From contig CM060734.1 of assembly GCA_030704615.1 (NCBI GenBank), forward strand, positions 18,972,001 to 19,036,000: a DNA stretch of 64,000 bases, given 5' to 3'. The notes under the pieces are model-generated. The model did not search any database and had not been told where the DNA came from. It saw nothing but the letters and a program-made list of their open reading frames with translations. Each line of letters starts with the position of its first letter. Positions within the stretch are counted from its first letter, which is position 1. A program made the translations under genes and the position numbers. This document shows, one piece after another, positions 1 to 12,640 of this stretch. This stretch comes from Takakia lepidozioides. Its lineage: Eukaryota; Plantae; Bryophyta.

Positions 1-189
1 TGAGATGGAGAGTAGGTGAGGTCTATATGGTGGAGTCCTTTAGCAAAGGTGCCATTGGCTTGACTTATATAACGTGATAAAGTGGTTTCTCCTCTTTTCA
101 CCATTTCCGTATCATTGTGGCATGGCTTTCTAAGACTATATGCTAGGAAGTGTGGTTGGACAACGATGTATGTTGTGGCACGATGCTTA

Positions 190-1700
190 GGGGCACGACA
201 CTATTTTCCCTTCTTACGACTCATTAGGGCCGCCGTAAGGAGTCCTAATGACAATTATAAATAACAAAATACATCTTTCCATTTTTCCCCTCTTAAGAGG
301 CTATTATAATTATATCATTCTATTTTCCCACTCTTAGGACTCTCCCTAAAGAGTCCTAAGGGCAATTATAAATAATATTTTATATATTTCAAATTTTCCC
401 TTCTTAGGACTCCTTAGGGCGGCCCTAAGGAGTCCTAAGGGCAATTATAGATAATAATGTATATGTTTCTATTTTCCCCCTCTTATAACCTCTTAGGTTG
501 CCTAAAGGGGTCTTAAGGGCAATTATTTATGTCTTTCCATTTTTCTCATCTTAGGACTCCTTAGGACTGTCCTATGAAGCCCTAAGGGTAATTATAAATA
601 ATAATTTATACGTTTTTATTTTCCCCTATCTTAGGATTCCCCTTAGGGCCGTCCTAAGGAGTCCTAAGGGCACTTATAAATAATAACTTATACGTTTATA
701 TTTTTCCCCTCTTATAATCCCTTAGGCTGCCTAAACGGGTCTTAAGGGCAATTATTTATGTCTTTCCATTTTTCTCCTCTTTGGACTCCGTAGGACTGTC
801 CTAAGAAGCCCTAAGGATAATTATAAATAATAATTTATATGTTTTCAGTTTTCTCTCTCTTAGGACTCCTTAAGACCGTCCTAAGGAGTCCTAAGGGCAA
901 TTATAATAATAATTTATATATTTTTATTTTCCCCTCTTATGACTCCTTAGGGCAGTTCTAAAGAGTTCTAAGGGTATAGATAAGGACTCCTAAGGAGTCC
1001 TAAGGGTAATTATAAATAATAATGTATATGTTTTTATTTTTCTATAATTTATATATTTCCATTTTCCCCCTCTTAGGACCGCCCTTAGGGCAATTATAGA
1101 TAATAATATATGTTTCCATTCTCCCCCCTCTTATAACCCCTTAGGCTGCCTAAACACCCTTAAGGGCAAATATTTATGTCTTTCCATTTTTTTCCTCTTA
1201 ATTTCCCTCCTCTTAGGACTGCCTAGGGCCGCCCTAAGCCGCCCTAAGGGCAATTATAAATAATAATTTACATATTTCTATTTTCGTCCCCTTAGGACCC
1301 TAAGGAGTCCTAAGGGCAATTCTAAATAATATCTTACTATTTTTGTATTTTTAACATAGGTACTAACACGTAAAGGTTTATTTCAAAAAAGGATGCCAGT
1401 GCATTACAAATGGATGTATGATCGTTTATCAAAAATAAAGTTTTGTTTTAATTATAATAAATGATAACAACCTACCAATTTTATCGATATATACCAATAA
1501 ATAGTATATTTGATTCATAAATATAATGACCAAAGTTGATAGTTTTATTATAGTAATTTATATATTTTTTATTTCCCTTAGAAAATATTATTTTCTCTTA
1601 GAGTTATAAATAATAATTTACATATTTCCATTTCTCCCCCTAGGACTCCTTAGGGCAGTCCTAAGGAGTCCTCAGGGCAGTTATAAATAATATTTTTCTA
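190..1700. repeat. Degenerate AT-rich tandem array (~60-85 bp units) with hairpin core CTTAGGACTCCTTAGG...CCTAAGGAGTCCTAAG
   Basis: Recurring unit 'cttaggactccttagggc..tcctaaggagtcctaagggcaattataaataataatttata..tttccattttcccct'. The two halves of the core are reverse complements. Confidence 0.85.
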
Positions 1701-1856
1701 TTTTTCTATTTTTAACATAGGTACTAACATGTAAAAGTTTATTTCAAAAAAGGATGTCAATGCATTACAAATGGATGTATGAACGTTTATCGAAAATAAG
1801 GTTTTTGTTTTAATTATAATAAATGATGATAACCTACCAATTTTGTCGGTACATAC

Positions 1857-2674
1857 CAGTGTTTGGGCGGTTACTCGCCGGGACCCAGGTTAACCGCCGG
1901 TTCAGGTTCAGGTTCAGGTTAACCGGAACCGGGCCCATTCCTACAGAACCTGACCCGGAACTGGAACCTGCCAATGGGGATCGGCGCAAAACCGAACCGG
2001 CGGTTCCTGCTGGGTGTGAGAACCGGAGAACCGGGGCGCATGGGGGGTAAAAACAGGTTCCGTTCTTGACCCCTTGGTGGGGCTGGTGGGCCCAGGGCAA
2101 AACTTATTTAATGCTCTCAAGCTCGTGAGATCCTGGGTTCAATGCTTGAAGGCCATGAGATTCTATGTTCAATGCTTCAATGCCATGAGATCTTGGGTTC
2201 AATCTCCAGCTCCATGATATCCTGGCTAAGTTCATTAATAAAATGTTTGAAGATGCCAATACTTGCCAGGTAGCTGAATAGTACTTTCAACCCATAAAAT
2301 TTTACCCATTTTCTTCTACCAGTTTATTTAGAGTATTTTTGTTTGTTTTTTTGTGTTAGTGAAAACTAACAAAATCGTTGGATTTTAGTTCAAATATGTG
2401 AATACACTGCTATTTAATCTACCGGACTGATAAAATATTTTAAATCTAATTAAATTAAACAAATATATTTTTACAATAGAACCAGAACCTAACCAGGAAC
2501 CGATGGTTTTTATCAGCAACTAACCGGTAACCGGAACCGCCCCCATGTTTAAAAGTTGGATCCGGAACCGGCTCAATAAAAAAAAACCGGAACCGGATCC
2601 AGAACCGTCTCTTGAAATAATTGTGGAACCGGAACCGAAGGTTCCTTCACAAATGCAAGAACCGCCCAACACTG
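1857..2674. mobile_element. Non-autonomous hAT-type MITE (818 bp)
   Basis: TIRs CAGTGTT(T)GGGCGGTT / AACCGCCCAACACTG. Exact 8-bp TSD GTACATAC at 1849-1856 and 2675-2682. Many subterminal GGAACCG/CGGTTC motifs. Confidence 0.92.
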
Positions 2675-3204
2675 GTACATACCAATAAACAGTATATGTA
2701 ATTCATAAATATAATGACCAAAGTTGATACATTTATTATAGTAGTTTATATTTTTTCTATTTCCCTTAGGAATTTATTTTTTATTTTTTAGTTTTCAAGT
2801 GTCTCATGATCTCGCTTAGCCTCTTCAAACATACATGTACATCTTCCACAGTTTTTGACAATGTTGCCTATAGTCCGACTCTCTTAATTAATTACAGTAG
2901 AAAGAAAAAATAGATTGAAATACTTAGAATCAGATTGTTACATGTCCGATCTTTAGATGTTTAGAAAATGAAAGTGAGACTGAATTTTGTGTGATAGATC
3001 TTTGAATATATATATATATAACATACTTGTTTAAGAGCATTGTGCAGTTACAAGTGACTGGTTGTATAAAAGTTAAATTTTAAATAATTATTTTTATTAG
3101 TTTAATAGTAAATATATGTTGATTTAATTCGTACAGTAATATTACTTTTAATGATTCTAATAAGTGATGGATAATAATGGATTGCCCACGACATAGATAT
3201 CTTT

Positions 3205-6200
3205 ATGGCAAAAAACCCCATCGACAACAGCCCGATTCCCACCTTTCACTCCAAGATCAACAATTTCCTGCGGAACAGGCAACCACATCTAGCTCTTAAT
3301 CCTCAGGCTGGAATCACATGGGGAGCTTTTATTGAAGACTGCCCCGGACTTGGATCCAATCTTTCACCTTCAACACAGATTCTAGCTATCATGGAAGAAA
3401 AAGAACTGATGCTTCCATGGCATTCTTCTAGAGGTGAGTGGATCCATCCGGCCCCCTTCGAGCTGCCGGCTGCAGATAATTCTACAGTGGTTAGAATGAG
3501 TTCCCACAATGGTTTTGCTATTCTTCACACCATCTTCGAAGCAGAATCAGAGGAGCACATTGAGCACATCGACACGCAATAGAGGACAGACAACACCAAT
3601 TTTGTTCAGTACAGCAACGGGATGCTCTCATCAGCTAGTTCTTCTCAACTGCAATTTTCTCCATTCTCCCCTCTCCAAGAGCCTCCGGCCTCGCAGCCAA
3701 GGGACTCCTCCATTCAACAGCCAGTGCTCCACCTTCGTCCTACTCCAACCCCGGCCCAGGAGGGAGTTGCCTTCACGTCAATTCCTCTTCAGTGCGCCTC
3801 TCCATCTCACGCCGAGGGAAGGCTCCTCCTCGCAGCGCCGCTTCTGCCCACTCCCACTCCAGCCAGCCCATTGTCCCCAGCTCTCCAAGTAAGCTCTCAG
3901 ACCTCCTCCATTCCATTCATTATCTTTTTTAAGTCAGAGTCTAACTCTAGCAGGTGTAGGGTGCTTTGTCTCCACAACTCCCTTCCTGCACAGAACCTCT
4001 GGAAAATTCTTCCCTCCATTATATTTCCTTCAAATCAAGAGACTTTCTCTATGTTCCTAGGGAAAGGCCCATTGCCCCACGACACCCCCATTCCCGTTAA
4101 GCTCATCCTTCTCTCGGACTTCTTTATGCAACTCTCTGGTAGGCCCTGTTGTATCCATGCCAGAGTTCACCCAACCTCTCGGTTTCAGCCTCTCCACCTC
4201 TCTGACGCAATGCAAAACCCTCCCGCAGAGACATTGGTTTTAATCATTGAGCTCAAACAGCCAGTCCTGCAAGCCCCAGACGACCATTGTTGGGTTCCCT
4301 CCTTCCTTCCCTCTGACAAAAGAACCAAATTTTGTTTTCATATCTCCAGGCCATCATTTGAGACTAACCCTCTCAACATGCTCCCTTATCAAGATGAAAA
4401 CTAGTCTCTCATCCTGGAACATAAGGGGCATAGGATCTGACCACGCCAGCATTAAAAAAATAAAGCTCAGAGCCTGGCTGGCTCCCCTTCAGCAATCTCA
4501 AGCAATTGTTTTTCTCCAGGAACACAAACTAAACCCCGGTAAAATAGCCGCGCTTTCAGACCAGCTTTGGCCTCTTTCCTCAGCGCTTTGGAAACCCAGC
4601 TACGAAGGCTCCAAAGGAGGGACGGCAATCCTTCTTTCCCCTTCCCTCATGCAATACCTCACTAAAGAGGAAGTCTGGGAATCTGGCCGGGTGCAATTCT
4701 GCGTTCTCAAGCTTCCAAATAATCCGGAACCTACGGGCTTCGTTAACATCTATGCCCCTAACTCTATCCCTGAAAGAACCACCCTATGGGAGAACATCAA
4801 TCGACATATGACAGATGAGATCTCAATACATACCTGGATCCTTGCGGGGGACTTCAATATGGTGGAGAACGATGTAGACAGGTTGGGAAGCTCTTCCCCC
4901 CGCTTGAGTGCTGAAGAAGAAGCAGCTTGGCTCATGCTTTCTCAAACCCATAATCTAGTAGATCCTGCCAGACATGCTAACAACCTAGCTTCCATCAACC
5001 CGCTTTTCACTTGGTCTAACAACCGCTTGCTAAGCGACCTCTCTATGGCCCGACTAGATAGGATCTACCTCTCGCTTGCTCTATCCAATGGCGCAACATT
5101 ATGGCCCCAAGAACCGATCTCCCAAGGTTTTGACCATGCAGTAGTGGCTGTGTCCATAACTCTACTGTCAGCTCAGAAAAGAGGAAGGGGCATCTACAAG
5201 CTAAATTCAACTCACATTTTGAACACGTCCTTCAAAACCTCCCTCGAGAAACAGTGGATTCAAGCTGGGTCCCTTCTCGCCTGCCCAATCCTAAAGTTCC
5301 AGGCAAAGCTTGCGGCTTCCTGCAAATCAAGTCAAGACCTAAGTAGGGAAATCTCGGCGGCTCAGAAGCGTAGAATCCTAGCCCTTAAAAAATGCCATGG
5401 AAAACAATTCTTGTGATGAGCATACTTTCCAAACCTATCTTGAAGCCCGGGCCAACTTAGGGAAGTTCCAGCTCCTTTAGGAACAGAAGATGCAAATGCA
5501 GGCTGGCATAAATTGGTCGGCCAAGGGTGAGAAGATGTTTAAATACTTCTTCCAAAAGATGAAACAGAGGAGAGCGCTTCAATGTATTGCAGAGCTTTAC
5601 ATAGACAATATAGGCACCAAATCCTCTATCCCTAGAGATCTTTGCAACAAAGCCTTCTCCCATTTCAGCTCCCTCTTTTCAAGGGACCCCCAGGACCAAA
5701 ACACCAATCCCCTTCTTGTGCAATGCCTGCAGACCATTCCAGTCAAGCTGGTCGGCTCCGAGGCGGCACCCCTCCAAGCTGAATTTACTCCAGAGGAGCT
5801 GGGAAAAGCCTTAAATCTCATGAGTAGCAACAAGCGCCCAGGGATAGACGGTATGCCAGTCAAGTTCTACAAGGCTCTATGGCCCAAAATTTATGGTGAC
5901 TTCTGCAACATGGCCAATGAAATCAGAAAAAGAGGACTGATGCCAAAACAGATGTCGCAAGGAGTCATCACCCTTCTCTTCAAGAAAGGGGATAGGGCTG
6001 ATATCAGTAACTATAGGCCAATCACTCTCCCCAATGTCTCCTACAAGATAATTGCCAAAGCCTTGGCACTCCGTATCCAACCTTTGCTCCCCACTGTTAT
6101 CCGGATAGGCCAAGCGGGTTTTATTAAAGGTAGATACATCCTGGACAATGTCCTCCTTGCCCAGGAAGCCTCTATCTTCGCCAAAAACTCCAACCAGGCT

Positions 6201-8828
6201 CTAGCGCTTTGGCTTCTAGACTTTGAAAAGGTCTTTGATAGGGTGGACTGGAATTTCCTGCTGGCAGTTCTTCGCAGAGTAGGTTTACCTCATGGCTTTT
6301 GCCAGTGGGTCCAAATTCTTCTCTTCAACTCCATCAGCAGGGTCATAATTAACGGACATGTCTCCAAAGAATTTTGGCTCCAGAGGTATGTCAGGCAGGG
6401 TTGCCCTTTGGCACCCTTCCTCTTCTTTTTTGTGGCTGATGCCCTGGGTTACCTGCTGGATGACAACCTCCTGGTCAAGGGACTTAGGCTTAAAAACCCA
6501 AAATCCCAGTTGTGGATTCAGGTCAAGGATTCTATGTTTGTGGACGATACGTTCCTGCTCCTGGAGGCACATCCCTCCACCCTGCAAGCCGCAGAAGATA
6601 CCCTCCTCAAGTTTTGTACCATCTCAGGGTTTCGGGTTAATTGGTCCAAAACCAAAGCTCTTCTAGTGGGGGACTCCTCTCAATCTATAATTGCTATTGT
6701 TCCTACATGGGGATCTGACCTTTGCCTGGTCTGGTTGAAGGACGGGGAGACCACTACTCTGCTGGGCCACACTTTTGGCAATAACATCTTTGATGAGCAA
6801 AGAATGGAACCCACAATAAAAAATCTCAAGAGACAAATGGTTTATTGGGGATCCAGACACCTATCTCTTACAGGAAGAGCCCTAGCAGCCAACCAGATCT
6901 TGCAAGCGGGAATCTGGTACTTTGCATCAACTTGGGGCCCTAACTCGAAAATAATTCAGGAGGTCAAGCGTTGTGTTCGCAACTTCATTTGGGGGGCTTA
7001 ATGTTATGAGCAATACAAACGCCCGCAGGTTTCGTGGCATCAAATCTGCCAGCCAAAAGAACAAGGGGGTCTGGGGGTTCTGGATCCCAACACTCAAATT
7101 CAAGCCCTGCTAGGTAAATGGATTCCTCGCTTTGTGGGTCCTGAAGGGGGATGGTGGAAACTGTTAATTACTGCTAACATATCTGCCAGTTCCCCTCTCC
7201 AATCTACCTCTTGGGCCCCCTCGCTGCGTTGGATTGCTCAGGGTTTCAACCACAAGATAGTGGGATCTCCCCTATGGACCTCCATCTGGAGAGCATGGAA
7301 CAGGTTTAGGCCTTTTTTGATAAAGCAAGCACCCACTACCTTCCAAGAAACCCTCAGACAACAGCTCTTCCTCAACTCGGCCAATCCATCCACGCTTGAG
7401 AAAAAGCACGCCAAAAGGTGGGCGGTTTGGGAGACTAGGGGCATTAGCAAAGTAAGTGACCTTTGGATCAACACACCAGCTCCTCTCCAAGATGCTTTGG
7501 GTTCCCGCATACTGACTTCCGGAATTCATCAGGTCCTAGCCTCTGTCCCAGACCCTTGGAGAAGGGTGCTTGCTGCTGGTGATCTCCCAATTAGGCCAAC
7601 CCAATGGGTGATGTTTGAAGACAGGGAGTTCCAAGTCCTTTATGTTACCGCAATTCAGAATGCGATGCTCATAGGTTACAGGTTCCTAGCTGACCCCTTC
7701 TCTGGTATGTTGTCTCTTCCGAGTCCTCAAGAAGTGGGAGAATGGCTGCAATTTCAGGAAGCCCTTCTATGCAAATGTTGTACCTCAAGCTTGCTGGAAA
7801 CGCTCGAGCATTGCCTTCTAGGTTGCCACGCTCCCAAAAAAATATGGACTTTGGTGAAAGACCTTTACAGAGATTGGGACCCTCAACCACTGTCACCCAT
7901 CAAGCTGCTGCTTAACTATGACGCACACTCTAAGAGCACAACAATACACTGTCCGGTCTTCGAGTCTCTTCGGGCATCTATTCTGTGGCACATTTGGAAA
8001 TCACGGTGTGCCTGATCACTGTCACATTCTACATGCTCTATGTCTGTGCTGCTCTCCAAAATTTTCTGGGACTTGCAAATTGAGGCAAGAAAGGCATGGT
8101 TGAAACTGTGTGCAGATATTCGAAGGCCCCCCCAAAATGCAGCAGGATTGCATGCCTCATTCTGGGGCACTTGGGCAATCGGTGGCCACCTCTGCACTAC
8201 CAGCGATCAATCTACATGCCACTGGTTAGCACTCCCCCCTGTCGCATGGAGGGATATCGGGACAGCAGTCCATGGGGGCATCCCCAGAGTTTGACAGGGA
8301 TATTAACTGAAGGCACATCAAGACGGCTGCCAGACTCAAATTTCTTTAGACATTCTAATAAACTCCAATAGACCCAAGCTGTGTAGCCAATCTTGATCAG
8401 TTGAATCTTCGCATAGTGATGCTTACCTTGGAACGCAGCTACAATCCTTGTATGTTGTCCGTAGAGCTCCTGCTCGTCCACCCCGACCCCCTAAGCGTCC
8501 AGCCCTTAGGGCTCGTCTAAACACTTCTATGCTCGTAAGCATTCCTACACAAAGAGAATGGTTTTCATCCAGGATTGGATGGATGGCCAATTTGGCCAGC
8601 ACTATTTCACAGAAACACTCCGGAGATGTTTAGCATCCATCTAGATTGATGCTAGTTGTTCTCACATTGATACACTCCTTTTAGGGGGGCAATTCCACCT
8701 TCACTGATTACGGTGTGTGTGCATGTATGGCGTTCCAACGGGGTTTTAATTTTTTTCCCCACAAATAATTATCATAATAAAGTTTCAGGGTCGAGGCCCT
8801 TTCTCAAAAAAAAAAAAAAAAAAAAAAA
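3205..8828 (+). mobile_element. L1/Tx1-clade LINE retrotransposon, degenerate (5' boundary approximate)
   Basis: APE endonuclease, RT and C-terminal zinc-knuckle segments in order, followed by a 3' UTR and an A23 tail at 8806-8828. Confidence 0.9.
4394..8294 (+). pseudogene. LINE ORF2 (APE endonuclease - reverse transcriptase - zf-RVT), broken by stops and frameshifts
   Basis: SWNIRG, FLQEH, NIYAPN, GDFN, RLDRIY, FDH (APE). PGIDG, YRPITL, DFEKVFDRV, RQGCPLAP, FVDD (RT). CKCC..ETLEHCLLGC. Split over ORFs 4247-5416, 5490-7001, 7134-8015 and 8040-8294. Confidence 0.92.
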
Positions 8829-8829
8829 C

Positions 8830-9860
8830 TTTTTTTTTTTTTTTTTTTTGTGAAAGGGGATGAGGCCCTTGTTTGTTTTATTGAATATTATTGAAGGGAA
8901 AAAAATTAAAACCCTTACATGCCCGTAGGCTGCCATGAGGCCTATCACACGATAAATGTGTTGGAGAATCCATGAGAATAGAGACCGGATGCCTGCCATG
9001 AGGCAAAGAGCTTAATTTTGTCTAGGACCTAGATCCGAAGCAGCGCCTAAGCTAGGGTTCTGACTTATGAGGATGAGACTGATGACGAAAAAAGGGGGGC
9101 GGTAAGACCAATATGACCAAGGTGACAGACGGATCGATGATGAGGAAGCCCGAACAGAAACCCTGAATGAGGGAAACACTGATTGCATGGAATCTAACCT
9201 AAGAACTGCAATCGAGCCCGAGAGGCCACCTTCACATGTTTCCAATTGATGTCTGATTTGTCAAATTCCAGAGATGCCGAAGATGAGGGCCCAGTGATGC
9301 CTCCAAGGTTCGGGAATTCCTCGAGGCCACTCGCATGAGCCTGCTTCAGTGCATCTGCAAATGAGTCCGTCCCTCCCCCATGTGTCCTGGAAAATGGCGA
9401 GGAGGGTGAACTGGCATTGAGGTTTCCTGGCGATTTCTGCACACATTTTTGCCCAAGCCAGTTTAGCAGCAACCGTCAAGTCAAAAAACACTTGAGTGAG
9501 TATGGCGGTGGCCGAGGTATTGTGCGAGTCCAAAGTCCATCTGCATCCGGCTTTCCATAATTGCCATAGAGTTGCAGATCTTAAGGCTTCAAAAACTGGA
9601 CAGTTTGTTGCTCTGGATTTTTTGTTTTGATTGTAGTTGAGAAGCAAGGCAATGGGCCCGAAAGGGGGTTGTCCCCAAGGGCGATAGAAGGGCAGGACTA
9701 GGTGCCAGATCGTCATTGGGGCAATGCAGAAAAGAAGGCAGTGTTCCAAGCTTTCAATCGTGTCTATTAAACAGCATTTGCACAGGAGAGCATCCTGGAA
9801 ACCTAGATATTGCCCTACCTTCAATACCCTGTTGGCAACTTGCCAGAGAATGTCCACATT
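8830..9860 (-). mobile_element. 5'-truncated LINE of a related family
   Basis: ORF 9261-9857(-) 'GQYLGFQDALLCKCC..ESLEHCLLFC..CPVFEALRSATLWQLWK' is homologous to the C-terminus of the first LINE. T20 at 8830-8849 is its poly(A) tail. Confidence 0.88.
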
Positions 9861-10278
9861 TTAGCTCTAGGAACCCACTCCTGCTCCAAGTAGTCACAAA
9901 ATTCACTTAGAGTGGGGTACTTGAAACGCAAATTCACAAGTTCGCACACCGCCCATGCTTCTCCTGCGTCGCCCTCGCTTTTTGACGCACTATACATGAT
10001 TTTAGACATGTCTTGTATGACACATGCACGCAAATCTGCATCTTTGATCTTAGACACGACATTCTTTTGTCATGCTCTCATCACATGCCAAAGGCATAGA
10101 AATACTGCAAACTGCCCCACACGGCCCTGACATAGAAAGACATGTGAGAACATTATAATGTGGAGAAGTGCAGAAAACCTCGGAATTTCAGAGAGGTGTG
10201 AATTGGCAATCACCTGATTGCTTTTATTTCAGCATCTGCGTCATCAACAATGAAAGCATGTGGGCACCATCCTGCTTG
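9850..10278 (-). pseudogene. Mutator-like transposase, downstream part (continues the gene at 30138-31644)
   Basis: Minus strand reads QAGWCPHAFIVDDADAEIKAI (second catalytic D), AVFLCLWHVMRA (CxxH) and FCDYLEQEWVP. It is truncated at the LINE fragment. Confidence 0.85.
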
Positions 10279-10725
10279 GGGGGCTGCTATTTCATGAGCC
10301 ATGAGCCATGAGCAGAGTCGTAAGTGTCGAAAAAAACATAAGCAGGACTATTTTCCGGAAATGAGTGTCCGTGGGAATAGGGTTTAGGGTGTCACGGTCA
10401 TAGGGGGAGAAGGACCTCCCGATGAAGGAGGTTCGACAATGTTTTCTAGAATTACATATTGAAAGGCAATGCTTCGCGAATGGTAGGGTGGTACTACTCT
10501 GTACAATGGGGGCCCATTTCAGCCTACCAGCCACTTGCAAAATCCACCCACACTCCCAATCCCAAACGAAATGAGGAATGATGCATTCTGGGAACGATGG
10601 ATACAGAATAGAACAAAAAGAGGGCACAATGGGGTTTTTATTGATCCACATGAATTGCATTTGAAGCACGTCTACTGTGCTGATTGTGCAAACAAATCTT
10701 TAGCCCTGTGCCTTCTGAATACAAG

Positions 10726-11439
10726 TCATGTTGTCAATGGGACTTCGACTGCTCTGAAAACTAGCTCATGAGTCATCGGGCTCCTCCAGGTAAACTGGAT
10801 TGCAGCCGTTGTACCGCCCCTGTTGATGTTCACCACAATGTCGTGCCCTTTAATCATACCACCATCGAATATGGAAAGCTTCACGTTTTTGTCGTCCACA
10901 CCAATGCGAATATCCCCACACAATGGAGAAGAGGAGCGCACTCCTTCAGGAGTATACGTCTCTCCGATGGAGTCCACCCACGTCCACTCGTAGCAGTTCC
11001 ACCGCAACTGCATAGCAGTGCGCATTCTTCTGCATGGGTGCCCATCGTAGCTGGGAAAATCGGAATCAAGGATGCGCAGGAGCCACTGACTCCTCAGACC
11101 AAGATCGTCACCCCGCTCGAAGGCGTAGTGGCCTGGGATATACTCAAAAGCGGACAATGTTTCCACATTCGAACCACTATCTTCTGTGTAAACTATGTAC
11201 CAGATAACGATGTCTCCCGATGTGGCCGAATACATTGCATAATCGAAGCCTCCATAAAGGCAGTTGTCCCGGTTCCGGAAGCACGACATCCTTGCAAAGG
11301 AGGACCTGAGAACGTCTTTGATGCCGATGACAATGACCTTGCGGACAACAACGAAGCCCTTAGATTTTCGATATGATGAGAAGCGGAAGAGCAGTGCGGG
11401 CTCCAATAATGGAGCATCTGGGTCCCACGTACCCACCAA
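10726..11439 (-). CDS. Unknown protein, paralogue 1 of a head-to-head pair
   Basis: Open 237-aa frame aligning end-to-end with 11850-12430(+): DYAM..SGDI, EY..G.Y.FERG, RWNC..WTW.D, DGG.I.GHDIVV, EL..RA.EVP. Confidence 0.7.
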   Translation of the reverse strand: MVGTWDPDAPLLEPALLFRFSSYRKSKGFVVVRKVIVIGIKDVLRSSFARMSCFRNRDNCLYGGFDYAMYSATSGDIVIWYIVYTEDSGSNVETLSAFEYIPGHYAFERGDDLGLRSQWLLRILDSDFPSYDGHPCRRMRTAMQLRWNCYEWTWVDSIGETYTPEGVRSSSPLCGDIRIGVDDKNVKLSIFDGGMIKGHDIVVNINRGGTTAAIQFTWRSPMTHELVFRAVEVPLTT

Positions 11440-11849
11440 TCATCATGTAACGTGTTCATCTCGCTCGCCAGTAGTGGATGAACCGATACCTCTTTCTCAT
11501 CCACGGGGTACAGTTTGAAATTTGCCACCGAAGTCCATCCCCCGGATGGGAATTCGGCGCCGCATTTACATCGAAGGGGGGATGGACTTCGTCGTCTCGA
11601 GTGGCTATAGGCCCACCTGGCACTTACTGCCCATAGTTTGCATGGCAGGGAAGGAAACTGAAACGGCTACATTCATGGAGCAGCCAATCTTCATCCGTGC
11701 AGGTTCCTGTAGGGGGGGAATTTAAATGTGCCCTGGAGTGTTTGTGAGGAATTGCAGCGTTTGCTTGAACTTCTTCCAGCCACCGCGCTGCTGCCTCCTC
11801 CATCCGGGAGCTGCTGTCATTGAGCGTACTCTACTAATCTTTTTCAAGG

Positions 11850-12430
11850 ATGTCGTGCCGCCGAAATCCTGCTGACTGCCCTTATCATGGCCACGATTAT
11901 GCTATGTTCAAACCAGAATCAGGAGACATCATTGTCTGGCTCTCTGTTTTCACTGACGCTTCTGGAATCAAGCGGGAGTCTTTGCGCGCAATGGAGTATT
12001 TGGAGGGCTATTACCGCTTTGAGCGAGGTGAGGGCGAGGGTCAATGCGGTCCGTGGGTCCTGAAAATTGTTGACCTCGATATATACCAAGCTGGAATGGG
12101 ATGCCGGACAGATCACGCACGGCCTCGCTTTGGCGCTGGAACTGCTGCCAGTGGACCTGGGAGGACGGCACCGGAGAAAACTATATTCGTGGAGTTCACT
12201 CCGCTCTTTCAGTGTATGGAGAAATTCGGCTGAGTTGCAAAGACGAATCGCACGTGCACATGAGGCCCACAGTGACCTTGTCAATGTATGATGGTGGTAT
12301 CATTGATGGGCATGACATTGTCGTCAGCTCCACCAAGGGCACCAGAACGACCACATTGCAGTTTACCTCGAGGTGCCGCATCAGTAATGAGCTTATTTTG
12401 AGGGCTATCGAAGTTCCGTCGACTTGGTGA
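11850..12430 (+). pseudogene. Unknown protein, paralogue 2 (one frameshift near 12100)
   Basis: ORFs 11850-12233 and 12101-12430 together align to the 10726-11439 protein. Confidence 0.7.
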
Positions 12431-12640
12431 CGCCCATGTAGAAGGAGGAAGGGCTTAGATTTGTCTAGAGTTGCTAAATGTGAGACACCGTGTTCGATCA
12501 ATAAAACAACCCATTGTACCTCACTTCTGTGTGCTGTGTTTCATTGTGTTCAAGAACTGCCGTAATTGGCCCACTGTTTATAATTTGTGGTCTCATTTCT
12601 ACAATGTGTCTGTCCACATGAATATATCATACTTGGAATT

